Of a stretch of DNA of 64,000 nt, positions 1 through 8,808 are shown in pieces. A program made the translations under genes and the position numbers. The stretch is taken from the IMG/VR virus record IMGVR_UViG_3300023174_000084, positions 51,581 to 115,580 of that record. One strand, given 5' to 3'. Position 1 is the first letter of the stretch; each line of letters starts with the position of its first letter. The notes beneath the pieces were generated by a model. It was not told the DNA's origin. It did no database searches and saw nothing but the letters and a program-made list of their open reading frames with translations. The DNA comes from a virus.

Positions 1-898
1 GGCGGGTTTGCTTAGCGATAACGTTAGCATCACGCTCGATTTGGAAAATCAAGCCTTTGAAACGCTCAACAGACCAACGACCGTTGGAGTCTGTGTCGAG
101 GTCAAAGAAACCAGCAGTTGTTGTACCATACTGAGCACCTGGAACGGCAACAGTATAGATGGTACGGATAACTTCACGGTTGATTTCAGCGAGAACTTCT
201 GTAGACAGAATGTTAGACAATTCTGTTTCAGCATCAAGACCATGAATTGCTTTCAAGTCTTGTGCAAGTTCTAAAGAATACTCAGCTTTCAAAGCACGGC
301 TTTGAGCAGTTACAGTTACCTTCTCGATAGAGAAAGCCATCTGAGCAAATGCTGTATTGCCATCGGAACCGAGGAATTCAGCAGTAGCTGTTGGCATTGC
401 AATACCAGTTGTATAGCTGTTAGCAGCCAAAGATGCAGAAACAACAGGGTTTGTACCTGTGTCAGTTGCAGTTGTACCACGGAAACCGTATGGGTTGTTA
501 GCAGAACCAACACCGGAGAACATTGTGTTCGCCTCGTTGAAGAATGCCTCGTCACCACCTTGGTTAACATACTTGGCACGCATTGCAAAAATCAAACCGG
601 TAGGACCAGTCATTGGCTGAACGCCAGCAACGTCATAAGCGATAAGATTTGGCAATGCACGGCGTACCAACGAAATCAAGATTGGGTCAAAGTTTTGAAC
701 ACCACCAGTGATGTTTGTTGGGCCAGCAGACTGCTCGTTAAGAGCTTGCATTTGAGCAGCATCTTGACGCATTGCTTGTTGTTGGTTTTCCAAAACAAGA
801 GCTGTAACAGCTTTCTTGTATGGGTCTTTAATGGCGTCTAATTCTGGATGCTCCAGAACAGGTTGCCATTTCTTTTGTAGTTCTTCTGTCAAATACAT
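1..898 (-). CDS. gp23: Major capsid protein (5' part; runs off the left edge)
   Basis: Not in the ORF track (no stop in window). Manual translation from ATG 898 gives MYLTEELQKKWQPVLEHPELDAIKDPYKKAVTALVLENQQ...FDPILISLVRRALPNLIAYDVAGVQPMTGPTGLIFAMR, typical of gp23; lies directly downstream of gp22. Confidence 0.97.
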   Translation of the reverse strand, partial: MYLTEELQKKWQPVLEHPELDAIKDPYKKAVTALVLENQQQAMRQDAAQMQALNEQSAGPTNITGGVQNFDPILISLVRRALPNLIAYDVAGVQPMTGPTGLIFAMRAKYVNQGGDEAFFNEANTMFSGVGSANNPYGFRGTTATDTGTNPVVSASLAANSYTTGIAMPTATAEFLGSDGNTAFAQMAFSIEKVTVTAQSRALKAEYSLELAQDLKAIHGLDAETELSNILSTEVLAEINREVIRTIYTVAVPGAQYGTTTAGFFDLDTDSNGRWSVERFKGLIFQIERDANVIAKQTR

Positions 899-932
899 TT
901 TATTGTTCCTTTTGTTATGTATTAGTGGTTAA

Positions 933-2123
933 TTACTTAACCAATGTTTGTGAAATGGTTTTTGCGTAGATACTGATAGAAGGATCTTCGGAAACGATTT
1001 TATCTTTCTTCTCTTCCTCAACCAATACTTCGTCTAAAGCAGATGAATCAGCAACTTTAACATCAGCCTTGAAATATGATTCTTTCAATGTTGATAGTTT
1101 GGTAGCAAATTCTTCATCAGTAGTAAACTCCACACCTTCTGCGAGTGATTTCAGTTTTTCTACTTGAGTCTGCGTAAGGCCTTCACAAGCTGCGTAAATA
1201 GCCTCAAACTTTTTGTGCTCATTGAGTTCTTTTTTCATCTCAATAGCAGATTGAATTTGTTGATTGTAAGCTTCTTCGAGTTCTTCTACTTTAGCGGTGA
1301 GTTCTTCAACAACATCCACTTTCTCAGCAGGAATATCGATGTAATGCTCTTCAAACAAATCTTTCAAACCGGTAATAAAATCTTCAACGATTTCGGCACG
1401 GAGACCTTTTTCGATAGCGATTTCATTGTCTTTGACCCATTCTTCAACCATGTAGTTGAGATAGTCATCAACCTTAGCTGCCAAATCTTCTTTGATTTCT
1501 TCAACAGCAGCTTCAAATTGTTCTGTTAATTCAGCTTCAGCTTCAGCAATAACTTCTTCGGCACGAGCAAGAACGGCAGCTTCAAAAATAGTAGAAGCTT
1601 TTTGAACAAATTCCTCAGAGAGATTTTCGCCTGTAAACAGAGCGTCCATATCTTCTTTCATTTTTTCTTTCATCTTCATTTTTTTCATCATTGCTTTGTC
1701 TTGAGCTTCATCTTCATGACCTTCTTCTTTTTCAGCTTCAGCAATAACTTCTTCTTCAGCTTCTGTTTCTTCGTAAGTCTGAACACCAACTGAACCTTTG
1801 TTTAAAGGCATTTGGTTTTTACCAGTCTTACCTTCTGGTTGTTCAACAGAACCTTGCTCAGCAGGTTGACCTTTGAGTTTCTTTGCTGGCTCAGAACCAA
1901 CAGGTGGTTTTGCACCTGGAGGAGTTGCTGTTGGTACGCCTTTAGTAGCGTCTGGACCAGCATCGGTTGTTTTAGTAACTTCTGTGCCAATGTCGCCCAC
2001 TTCTTGTGTACCGTAAGCTACATCGCCAGATAATTTGGCTGGTTTATCTTGGCCACTTTGTTTACCAGAAACATTACCCGAAAGAATGTCTTTAGCGGCT
2101 TCGGACAGATTAAATTTTCCCAT
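933..2123 (-). CDS. gp22: Prohead core scaffolding protein
   Basis: Acidic coiled coil with KVDDYLNYMVEEW...AIEKGLRAEIVEDFITGLKDLFEEHYIDIP; between gp21 and gp23. Confidence 0.95.
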   Translation of the reverse strand: MGKFNLSEAAKDILSGNVSGKQSGQDKPAKLSGDVAYGTQEVGDIGTEVTKTTDAGPDATKGVPTATPPGAKPPVGSEPAKKLKGQPAEQGSVEQPEGKTGKNQMPLNKGSVGVQTYEETEAEEEVIAEAEKEEGHEDEAQDKAMMKKMKMKEKMKEDMDALFTGENLSEEFVQKASTIFEAAVLARAEEVIAEAEAELTEQFEAAVEEIKEDLAAKVDDYLNYMVEEWVKDNEIAIEKGLRAEIVEDFITGLKDLFEEHYIDIPAEKVDVVEELTAKVEELEEAYNQQIQSAIEMKKELNEHKKFEAIYAACEGLTQTQVEKLKSLAEGVEFTTDEEFATKLSTLKESYFKADVKVADSSALDEVLVEEEKKDKIVSEDPSISIYAKTISQTLVK

Positions 2124-2151
2124 TTTAAAAATCTCCTTGATTTATATTGGA

Positions 2152-2159
2152 TATTTATA
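2152..2159 (-). promoter_or_regulatory. T4-type late promoter TATAAATA upstream of gp22
   Basis: Exact T4 gp55 late consensus about 30 nt upstream of the gp22 ATG, followed by an AAGGAG RBS. Confidence 0.8.
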
Positions 2160-2160
2160 T

Positions 2161-2805
2161 TTAAAGTTTTTTTACGAGTGATTCCCAAATGCGTAGACTT
2201 ACTTCTTCAATTTCTCTTTGAGAAGCCTTTTTAATTGCTTGTTTGGCTTCAGAGTATTGCTGTTCAGTCCATACACCATTGACCATCACCCATTCTTTGC
2301 CTTCCATAATACCTTGAACGAAAGCATTTGGAGCAGAAGGGTCTGCTACAATATCCGCCGCTGTGGCTAGATGAAAATCATCTTGAACTACATTGACACC
2401 ATTGACAGATTTGAGAGAACCCATACCACGAGATGATACTCCAATCTGAGCACCACCTTCGATAAGGCTCTTAACAATCTGACCCATAGGTGTGTCAAGA
2501 ATCTTTGCTTTGCCTATCCAATCATTTCCCTCTTGACGAAGGCTCACAACCATGTGGGAAACTCTGTCAAGATTGATTGATGGGGTGTCTGGATGACCCA
2601 GCTCACCAAAGGCACGATTTTTATTGATATATTGTTCTGTGTATCTTTCTACTTCTTTGGCCATGGTCTCTTTGAGATATTTACGGCCATTACGGTTTAC
2701 CACTTCTGCTTGGAGAAATGGACCCTCAATGTAAAGATTACGCTTGCCGTCTTTATCTTCAGCAAGATATTGTAGTGTTTCGGTGACTTCTGTTATTAAC
2801 TTCAT
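2161..2805 (-). CDS. gp21: Prohead core protease
   Basis: NRNGRKY, AFGELGHP, GVSSRGMGS and DIVADPSAPNAFV motifs of the T4 prohead protease family. Confidence 0.97.
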   Translation of the reverse strand: MKLITEVTETLQYLAEDKDGKRNLYIEGPFLQAEVVNRNGRKYLKETMAKEVERYTEQYINKNRAFGELGHPDTPSINLDRVSHMVVSLRQEGNDWIGKAKILDTPMGQIVKSLIEGGAQIGVSSRGMGSLKSVNGVNVVQDDFHLATAADIVADPSAPNAFVQGIMEGKEWVMVNGVWTEQQYSEAKQAIKKASQREIEEVSLRIWESLVKKL

Positions 2806-3224
2806 TATAGTCCCATTGCCTTTCTTTTTCTTAATGTCATCTGGCGTTTTCTTAACGCTTGACGCAATTTAGACCGTCTTTTAAATTTAGACCGTCTTGC
2901 AGCTAACTTTCGTTTTCTGCGTTCTACGGGTGACATTCTTGTTAACTTGCCACCACGAATTGTGAAACCTGGTACTGCTGACTTCTTAACTCTCCGTTGT
3001 AGTTTACCACCACGGAAACGCACACGAATAAGTTTTGTTCGACCCATTCGTTGCACATTGGCTTCGTTTACTTCTTCAAACTCAACATTATCATACATCT
3101 CTGTTGCCAACCGAATTTTAACTTGGTTAACTTTTTCATTAACCAAGTCTTGTATTCGTTGAACTAAAACTTCTTTTGCTTCAACTATTTTATTTTGTAA
3201 TAGTTTGGAAACAAATTCTTGCAT
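2805..3224 (-). CDS. Basic prohead core-like protein (gp68 position)
   Basis: Very Arg/Lys-rich C-terminus ending RKRKAMGL; occupies the gp68 position upstream of gp21. Confidence 0.6.
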   Translation of the reverse strand: MQEFVSKLLQNKIVEAKEVLVQRIQDLVNEKVNQVKIRLATEMYDNVEFEEVNEANVQRMGRTKLIRVRFRGGKLQRRVKKSAVPGFTIRGGKLTRMSPVERRKRKLAARRSKFKRRSKLRQALRKRQMTLRKRKAMGL

Positions 3225-3760
3225 TATGTCCTCGATGTTGGAGTTACACCATAAGGAGGATAGTTAAATGCAGCTGGATCAGTAAACTGACCAGAACTAT
3301 AAAAACGATTGTCTTTGTGTAATTCAATAATTAATGTGTAAGCGGCATTACCTGTTGTACCAACGGTTGTAATTGTTACATTGCCTGTAGGACCAACAGC
3401 ATTATTTGTAATTGCAGGCATTTGATATTGTGGGTTTGTATCACCAGCACCAACACCTAATGCATAAATTGTGGCATCAGCAGTTGTGCCTTGCCATTTT
3501 AATTGTAAATGACCAACTTCAGCATCAACATTATAAATGACACGAGAAATTGTAAATGCAGAATTAGCAAAACCAGGAGCGGTTGTATTACCTGTCTGAT
3601 ATGGTAAGTTATTAGCATTTAAAGCACCAGACAAAGCTCGTGGATCAATAACAACTGTCAACGCTTCATTTCCGCCAGCGGCATCAAAAATACCTACTCG
3701 TTTAATTACGGTACGCTTTGTTGTATCAACTAAAATTTGTGTGCTATTTGATGTTGCCAT
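3224..3760 (-). CDS. Hypothetical virion-associated protein (paralog of 3774-4313)
   Basis: RBS; shares YTxIxELxK...GQFxDPAAFNYPPYG C-terminus with its neighbour. Confidence 0.75.
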   Translation of the reverse strand: MATSNSTQILVDTTKRTVIKRVGIFDAAGGNEALTVVIDPRALSGALNANNLPYQTGNTTAPGFANSAFTISRVIYNVDAEVGHLQLKWQGTTADATIYALGVGAGDTNPQYQMPAITNNAVGPTGNVTITTVGTTGNAAYTLIIELHKDNRFYSSGQFTDPAAFNYPPYGVTPTSRT

Positions 3761-3773
3761 TTTTTTATCCTAA

Positions 3774-4313
3774 TTATTTTGTACCAGTTAATCCGTATGG
3801 TGGATAGTTAAATGCAGCTGGATCATTAAACTGTCCACGCTGATAATATTCATTTAACTTTCTCAATTCCATAATAATTGTATAACTTGATGTGTTGCAA
3901 TTTGGTGCTAAACGACTTCTAATACCAATATCGCCATTTGTATTAGCGATAGCAGTATTAGGATTCGGTATTGTTACCCAATTTCCGTTACCATCGTATT
4001 CTCCATTACCATTCATCAATAGAATAGTTTGTGGATCATCAGAATACCAATACAGCTCAACATCACCTTCATATGGCCATGTGTCGTACCAAACTCGGTT
4101 GACAGTTAAACCATAATATGGCTTGGCTGTATTACTTAAACTTAAATGTGTCTTTAAAGGCACATTGTTTGCATCTAACGCACCGTATAGTGTATTTGCT
4201 TGTATACGATGTGCATTATCTTCATTTGTAGAACCGTCAAACGAACCTGTTATTTTAATAACGGCGTGTTCTGTGGTATCTTTAACAACCTGATATGTAA
4301 ACTTATTCGGCAT
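3774..4313 (-). CDS. Hypothetical virion-associated protein (paralog of 3224-3760)
   Basis: Shared DTT...VIK, GALxANN and GQFNDPAAFNYPPYG motifs. Confidence 0.75.
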   Translation of the reverse strand: MPNKFTYQVVKDTTEHAVIKITGSFDGSTNEDNAHRIQANTLYGALDANNVPLKTHLSLSNTAKPYYGLTVNRVWYDTWPYEGDVELYWYSDDPQTILLMNGNGEYDGNGNWVTIPNPNTAIANTNGDIGIRSRLAPNCNTSSYTIIMELRKLNEYYQRGQFNDPAAFNYPPYGLTGTK

Positions 4314-4533
4314 TTACTTCTTCATCCATGGAACCTGTTGAGGACCATTGCATGGCAGTATATGGAACGGTTACATATTTATTAATCTTATCAACATAAT
4401 AAAGAGCTACTCTCTGATTGTTTGGAAACTGACGAATCGATTTTCGTTTCATAATCAATACCGCAGGTGGATCCATGGGAGCACTATGGTCTTCCTTTTC
4501 ATTCAAAGATCGTAGTTCTTTAAGTGTTTTCAC
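4303..4533 (-). CDS. Small hypothetical protein of the head cluster (probable GTG start at 4533)
   Basis: DPPAVLIMKRKSIRQFPNNQRVALYY...VTVPY. The track start at 4623 overlaps the upstream gene heavily; GTG 4533 has an AGAGGA RBS. Confidence 0.7.
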   Translation of the reverse strand: MKTLKELRSLNEKEDHSAPMDPPAVLIMKRKSIRQFPNNQRVALYYVDKINKYVTVPYTAMQWSSTGSMDEEVNAE

Positions 4534-4726
4534 TTGTATTTTCCTCTGGTTGAATTTCTGTTTCAACTTCTTCTGTTTCTTCTGGCGCAAACATATTCTG
4601 TGCAACAGCTTGTTTGGCAGCATCTAAATGTGCAGTAACACGGTCATGAATGTTAGCATATAATGCATCACGCATTTCTTTAGCATTATCATTAACTGCA
4701 TAATCTATAATTTGTCTTGTGTCCAT
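4520..4726 (-). CDS. Small acidic prohead core protein (gp67-like)
   Basis: 68 aa with an acidic tail, immediately downstream of the portal gene as gp67 is in T4. Confidence 0.65.
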   Translation of the reverse strand: MDTRQIIDYAVNDNAKEMRDALYANIHDRVTAHLDAAKQAVAQNMFAPEETEEVETEIQPEENTSENT

Positions 4727-4743
4727 TTTATCTCCAATCTCAA

Positions 4744-4751
4744 TATTTATA
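4744..4751 (-). promoter_or_regulatory. Late promoter TATAAATA upstream of the gp67-like gene
   Basis: Exact consensus overlapping the gp20 stop codon. Confidence 0.75.
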
Positions 4752-6414
4752 ATAACTGTTTCAATTTAACAAATGTTCCTGCTGACTCTTGGCGCATACC
4801 AGCATCTTGTGCTTGTTGCAATTCATTTTGATGAGTTGCTAAAGCTGCTTGTTGGTCGGCTTGTATATCACCAACCATTTGTTGTTGAGCTACCGTATTG
4901 GTAACATCAACAGGTAAACCTAAACCGGCTTCTTTTTCTTCATCAATCTCACTTTGCATTTCTTTAATCTGGTCGTCTGTCATGCGTAATACATTACGTT
5001 GAATCCATGCTTGTGAGAAGTACCGACCGGTGTATGGATCTACCGAAGCCAAAAGAGATAATCTTTCTCTCATTAATTCAGCTTCTTTAAGTTCACTAAA
5101 GTTATTATCTTTAACAAAGTCGTAAATAATACTTTCTTTAAATTGATCCCATTCATCAGCGGTACAAATACCTTTTAATACACACTGCACACGGAGTGCC
5201 TGATTAAAGATATCAGAGAACTTACTACGCAAACGGTCTACAAACTTTGCAAACTTTAATTCGTCACGAGTAACTTCTGCAACACGACCAATTGAGAAAC
5301 CTTGATTAGGTTCCAAACGAGAGATTGGCACCGAAAGTGATTGATACAATTTCTTTTGGAAATACTTAACATCTTCTAACTCACCTAAGTTTTGACCACC
5401 AGGTAAGGTAGAAATTTCGGTGCCTTTGCCACCTTCACGGCGAGGTAACCAGAAATCTTCCATCATTGATAAGAATTTACGGTCATCACGAACTTCACCG
5501 GTGTTTGCATCATATACCAGTTTGTTCTTATACTTGACCATAATATCACGCAGATATTGTTCTGCTTTTAGTTTAGGTAAATTACCTACATCAATATAAA
5601 AAATACGGCGTTCTGGTGCTCGTGAGATACGATAGATAACTGTCGCATCTTCAATCATGCGTAACTGGTTTAACGGCTTTATAGCTTTGTGTAAATATGA
5701 TAAAACAACAGCACGGCGGCTGTCCATGAGACCAGAAACAACAGATATGATTGAGTCAGTAGTGATCCGAACGCCAACAGGACCATAGTTGCTTGAACTA
5801 CCAGTAACGACTTTATCGTTAAAGATGTAATATTCGTTAAATACATCAACAACTTCTGCACCTGTTCTTTCATCTTTCTTCTTCTTTATTTCTCTAACTT
5901 TACGAAGTTTGCGTGGATCAATGTATCTTAATTCTTTAATACCAGCAATTGGATTTTCTTTATCAATAATAATGTTATAATACATTCTGCCGTCAATATA
6001 AAAACGGCGAAAGATATCTTGTGCCATGTGTTTGTAATTTAACAAACGAAGAATGGTATTAAATTCTTCTTTAATGGCCTTTTTAATTTTTTCTGGTTGT
6101 TCTAATTTATCTAAAACAATCTGTGTAACGATACCATCTTCATCTTGGCAAATAGCTTCATTCATAATATCGTCTATCGCTGATTCAATTTCTGGCTGCA
6201 TAGCCATTTCACGATAACGAGAGATGAGTTCTACTTCATTTTTTGCCGTGCCGTCTAAATCAACATATGTACCGTAATATGCGGCCGAAGAAATGGTAAG
6301 AGCACCATCTTCATTTGAAGGTGGTGTAAAGGATGGTTGTAGAGCCTGTTCTTCCTCGGTTTTTCTCCGAGAAATCTCAAAACCAAAGAGAGAGAATTTA
6401 TTTTGAGCTGCCAT
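4747..6414 (-). CDS. gp20: Portal vertex protein
   Basis: SYLHKAIKPLNQLRMIEDATVIYRISRAPERRIFYIDVGNLPK and MMEDFWLPRREGGKGTEISTLPGG signatures. Confidence 0.98.
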   Translation of the reverse strand: MAAQNKFSLFGFEISRRKTEEEQALQPSFTPPSNEDGALTISSAAYYGTYVDLDGTAKNEVELISRYREMAMQPEIESAIDDIMNEAICQDEDGIVTQIVLDKLEQPEKIKKAIKEEFNTILRLLNYKHMAQDIFRRFYIDGRMYYNIIIDKENPIAGIKELRYIDPRKLRKVREIKKKKDERTGAEVVDVFNEYYIFNDKVVTGSSSNYGPVGVRITTDSIISVVSGLMDSRRAVVLSYLHKAIKPLNQLRMIEDATVIYRISRAPERRIFYIDVGNLPKLKAEQYLRDIMVKYKNKLVYDANTGEVRDDRKFLSMMEDFWLPRREGGKGTEISTLPGGQNLGELEDVKYFQKKLYQSLSVPISRLEPNQGFSIGRVAEVTRDELKFAKFVDRLRSKFSDIFNQALRVQCVLKGICTADEWDQFKESIIYDFVKDNNFSELKEAELMRERLSLLASVDPYTGRYFSQAWIQRNVLRMTDDQIKEMQSEIDEEKEAGLGLPVDVTNTVAQQQMVGDIQADQQAALATHQNELQQAQDAGMRQESAGTFVKLKQLL

Positions 6415-6440
6415 ATTTTATAGATTCCAATTCAATTAAA

Positions 6441-6466
6441 CATAAAGAGAGGACCGAAGTCCTCTC
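6441..6466 (-). terminator. Rho-independent terminator after gp19 with C(UUCG)G tetraloop
   Basis: Minus strand reads GAGAGGAC-TTCG-GTCCTCTC-TTTATG: perfect 8 bp stem, T4-typical UUCG loop, U-rich tail. Confidence 0.85.
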
Positions 6467-6480
6467 GAAACAAAAACATA

Positions 6481-7023
6481 TTAAGTAGTAGTGTTGGATT
6501 CCCAATATTGGAAAGCGAATGTGGCCGAGTATTCTTCAATCACATCATTTGAACCCCAATCTAAATCAATTGGTGCGATATCCAATGGGAAAACACCTAC
6601 AAACTTATAAGATTTCAATTCGTTACCAGCTTTTCCGTATTGTGTAACAACTGCATCTACGGTATAACCTGTTGGGTTAACTGCTCCAGTATTACGAACA
6701 TTAGTTGTATGACTGTTGATTGCGTTCATCCACGATTCGAGAGCGTTACGAACTACAAAGTCCTCGTCATTGATAATCTGTAATGTCCAGTCTGTAAATG
6801 TTCTGTTACCAGCAAATTTTAATTCACGACCAAAATAAAACACAGGCACAGTACCTACGGTAGAACCTGGTAACTGTGCTGATTTTGCCATGAATGTTGT
6901 TTTAGCACCTGCGGCTGTGCCGTTGGTTGCAACTGTTGGAAATGTTAGAGTAACTTGGAATAGATTAGGACGGGCACCGTCACCAATCATATTCGCTCTA
7001 AATTCTGCTACATTGAATGCCAT
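6481..7023 (-). CDS. gp19: Tail tube protein
   Basis: GARPNLFQV, GRELKFAGNRTFTDWT, IDLDW...IEEYSATFAFQYW. Confidence 0.96.
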   Translation of the reverse strand: MAFNVAEFRANMIGDGARPNLFQVTLTFPTVATNGTAAGAKTTFMAKSAQLPGSTVGTVPVFYFGRELKFAGNRTFTDWTLQIINDEDFVVRNALESWMNAINSHTTNVRNTGAVNPTGYTVDAVVTQYGKAGNELKSYKFVGVFPLDIAPIDLDWGSNDVIEEYSATFAFQYWESNTTT

Positions 7024-7045
7024 TTGTATTCTCCTATATCGTGGT

Positions 7046-7053
7046 TATTTATT
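7046..7053 (-). promoter_or_regulatory. Late promoter variant AATAAATA upstream of gp19
   Basis: NNTAAATA motif recurring upstream of many structural genes. Confidence 0.6.
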
Positions 7054-8737
7054 AAGCTGCACCAACGATTGTTGTGAAGTCAACACCAGTTCCAACTGCA
7101 ACAAAGTTCAACTGAATGAAGTTGATAGAACGAGCAGGTTTGATGTAAATATCACCAACAAATTGATTACTGTCAATGACTTGTGGTGTATTGTTGGTTG
7201 TATCACAAACCACACGGAAGTCATAGATACCACGGCGACCTTGAACATCACGCAGATACGGAGTTACTAGTGCTACAAACTGAGCACGAGTAAATTCATC
7301 ATTGAATTCAAATAACGAGAACTGAGCAGCTTGAGAAATTGCTTTTTCAAGAACAATGAATAATCTACGGACATTGATGCGGTCAAATGCAGATGGTTTG
7401 TTTTGTAAAGTCTTATCACCAAACAGAACAATGCCTTGGCCAGGAAACGACACAACTGGATTTACGCCTGCTGCATATAATACATCTCGTTGTGTTTTAT
7501 TTGGATTCCATGCCAGTTTAATAGCATTTTTAATTTGACCACGGTTGAAACCAGCTGGCGAGAACCATGGATCACGAACCGTATCAGTATTAACACAAAG
7601 ACCGGCTACATCACCATTTAATGGAATATAACGATATACATTGTTATACTTGTCGTACATATATTTGTAACCAGAATCAGCTACAACATAAGAACTGGAA
7701 CGAGCCAAACTTGTTAACCAAGCTTGAATACCAGCTGTTGGTGTTGTGTTGATGCTATCAATTGCTGTTCGTGGAGGCGAAATAAATGCTACGCAGTCTT
7801 TACGAGAATTGACAATATTATCAATTACATATTGTTGAACTACTGTATTTGCATTACCAGTTAACACCAATGAAATATCAATTGTTTCTTTGTTAGCAAA
7901 CAAATCATAAGCAGTTTGAATATTAGCATTAGTTGGAATAGTTTCTGAACCGCCAGCCAAAGTGATTGTTGGATTTGTTGTCAATGTGGCAAAATTTGTA
8001 TTTGCTGCTGGACGACCCCAAGTAGAATTAGTTGTGCTATAACTTACTGGATCAGTTGCATAAACATATTGTGAATTATCAAATATGACTTGTTCATAAA
8101 AATTTGATACACCATTAATGCTTGCATCAGAAGCTTTAGATAAGAATGGATAAACTTCTAATACTGTACCTTGTTGGCCAGTAAATTGACCGCCAGCGTC
8201 AATAACGACTACGTGCATTTCGTCATTAGAACCTCCAACAGCCGCTGCATAATTTGAAGTACCAGGAGCAGAAGTAAAGTAAGAACTATAAGACCAGCTG
8301 CTGAACAAACTGGTATTAGCACAAACAGCTACTGATAAAGAATTACCAATTATGCCTGGATATTTGGCCATAAATGCACCAAAAAAGTTATTATTATCTC
8401 TATTTAAATATAGGTACTCAAATTCTTCTGAATTAGGAATTTGAAATGCTGTGTTTGCAGCTGCATTGTTTGAGTTAGCATTAACGGCACGAACAACACT
8501 TAGATTGTTACCGTAGGCTAAGAAAGAAGCAGATGTAAAAAATGAAATTGCAGAGTTTGAATCTGGTTTACCAAAATATTTGGTTAATGTAATTTCGTTG
8601 TCAACCAGAATTACTTGTCGTGCTGGACCCCACGAAAAGTTTCCAGCATAAGCACCGGCCGTAGTTAGAACCGAAGGAACGACTGTTGTTAAGTCTACTT
8701 CGGAAACATTTACGCCTGGAGAGATTTGAAACGCCAT
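7052..8737 (-). CDS. gp18: Tail sheath protein
   Basis: MAFQISPGVNVSEVDLT start; PWFSPAGFNRG; FDRINVRRLF; FVGDIYIKPARSINFIQLNFVA. Confidence 0.98.
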   Translation of the reverse strand: MAFQISPGVNVSEVDLTTVVPSVLTTAGAYAGNFSWGPARQVILVDNEITLTKYFGKPDSNSAISFFTSASFLAYGNNLSVVRAVNANSNNAAANTAFQIPNSEEFEYLYLNRDNNNFFGAFMAKYPGIIGNSLSVAVCANTSLFSSWSYSSYFTSAPGTSNYAAAVGGSNDEMHVVVIDAGGQFTGQQGTVLEVYPFLSKASDASINGVSNFYEQVIFDNSQYVYATDPVSYSTTNSTWGRPAANTNFATLTTNPTITLAGGSETIPTNANIQTAYDLFANKETIDISLVLTGNANTVVQQYVIDNIVNSRKDCVAFISPPRTAIDSINTTPTAGIQAWLTSLARSSSYVVADSGYKYMYDKYNNVYRYIPLNGDVAGLCVNTDTVRDPWFSPAGFNRGQIKNAIKLAWNPNKTQRDVLYAAGVNPVVSFPGQGIVLFGDKTLQNKPSAFDRINVRRLFIVLEKAISQAAQFSLFEFNDEFTRAQFVALVTPYLRDVQGRRGIYDFRVVCDTTNNTPQVIDSNQFVGDIYIKPARSINFIQLNFVAVGTGVDFTTIVGAA

Positions 8738-8789
8738 TTTATTCTCCTTGAATTATTATGTGTTCTTGGCAGTTAAAATACCATACTGA

Positions 8790-8797
8790 TATTTATG
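8790..8797 (-). promoter_or_regulatory. Late promoter variant CATAAATA upstream of gp18
   Basis: Motif in the gp17-gp18 intergenic gap. Confidence 0.6.
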
Positions 8798-8808
8798 ATT
8801 CATAGGAT

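Noticed and set aside
8-841. Plus-strand ORFs 8-274 and 302-841 and short minus ORFs in other frames
   Set aside because: Shadows of the gp23 gene, which the track missed because it runs off the window edge
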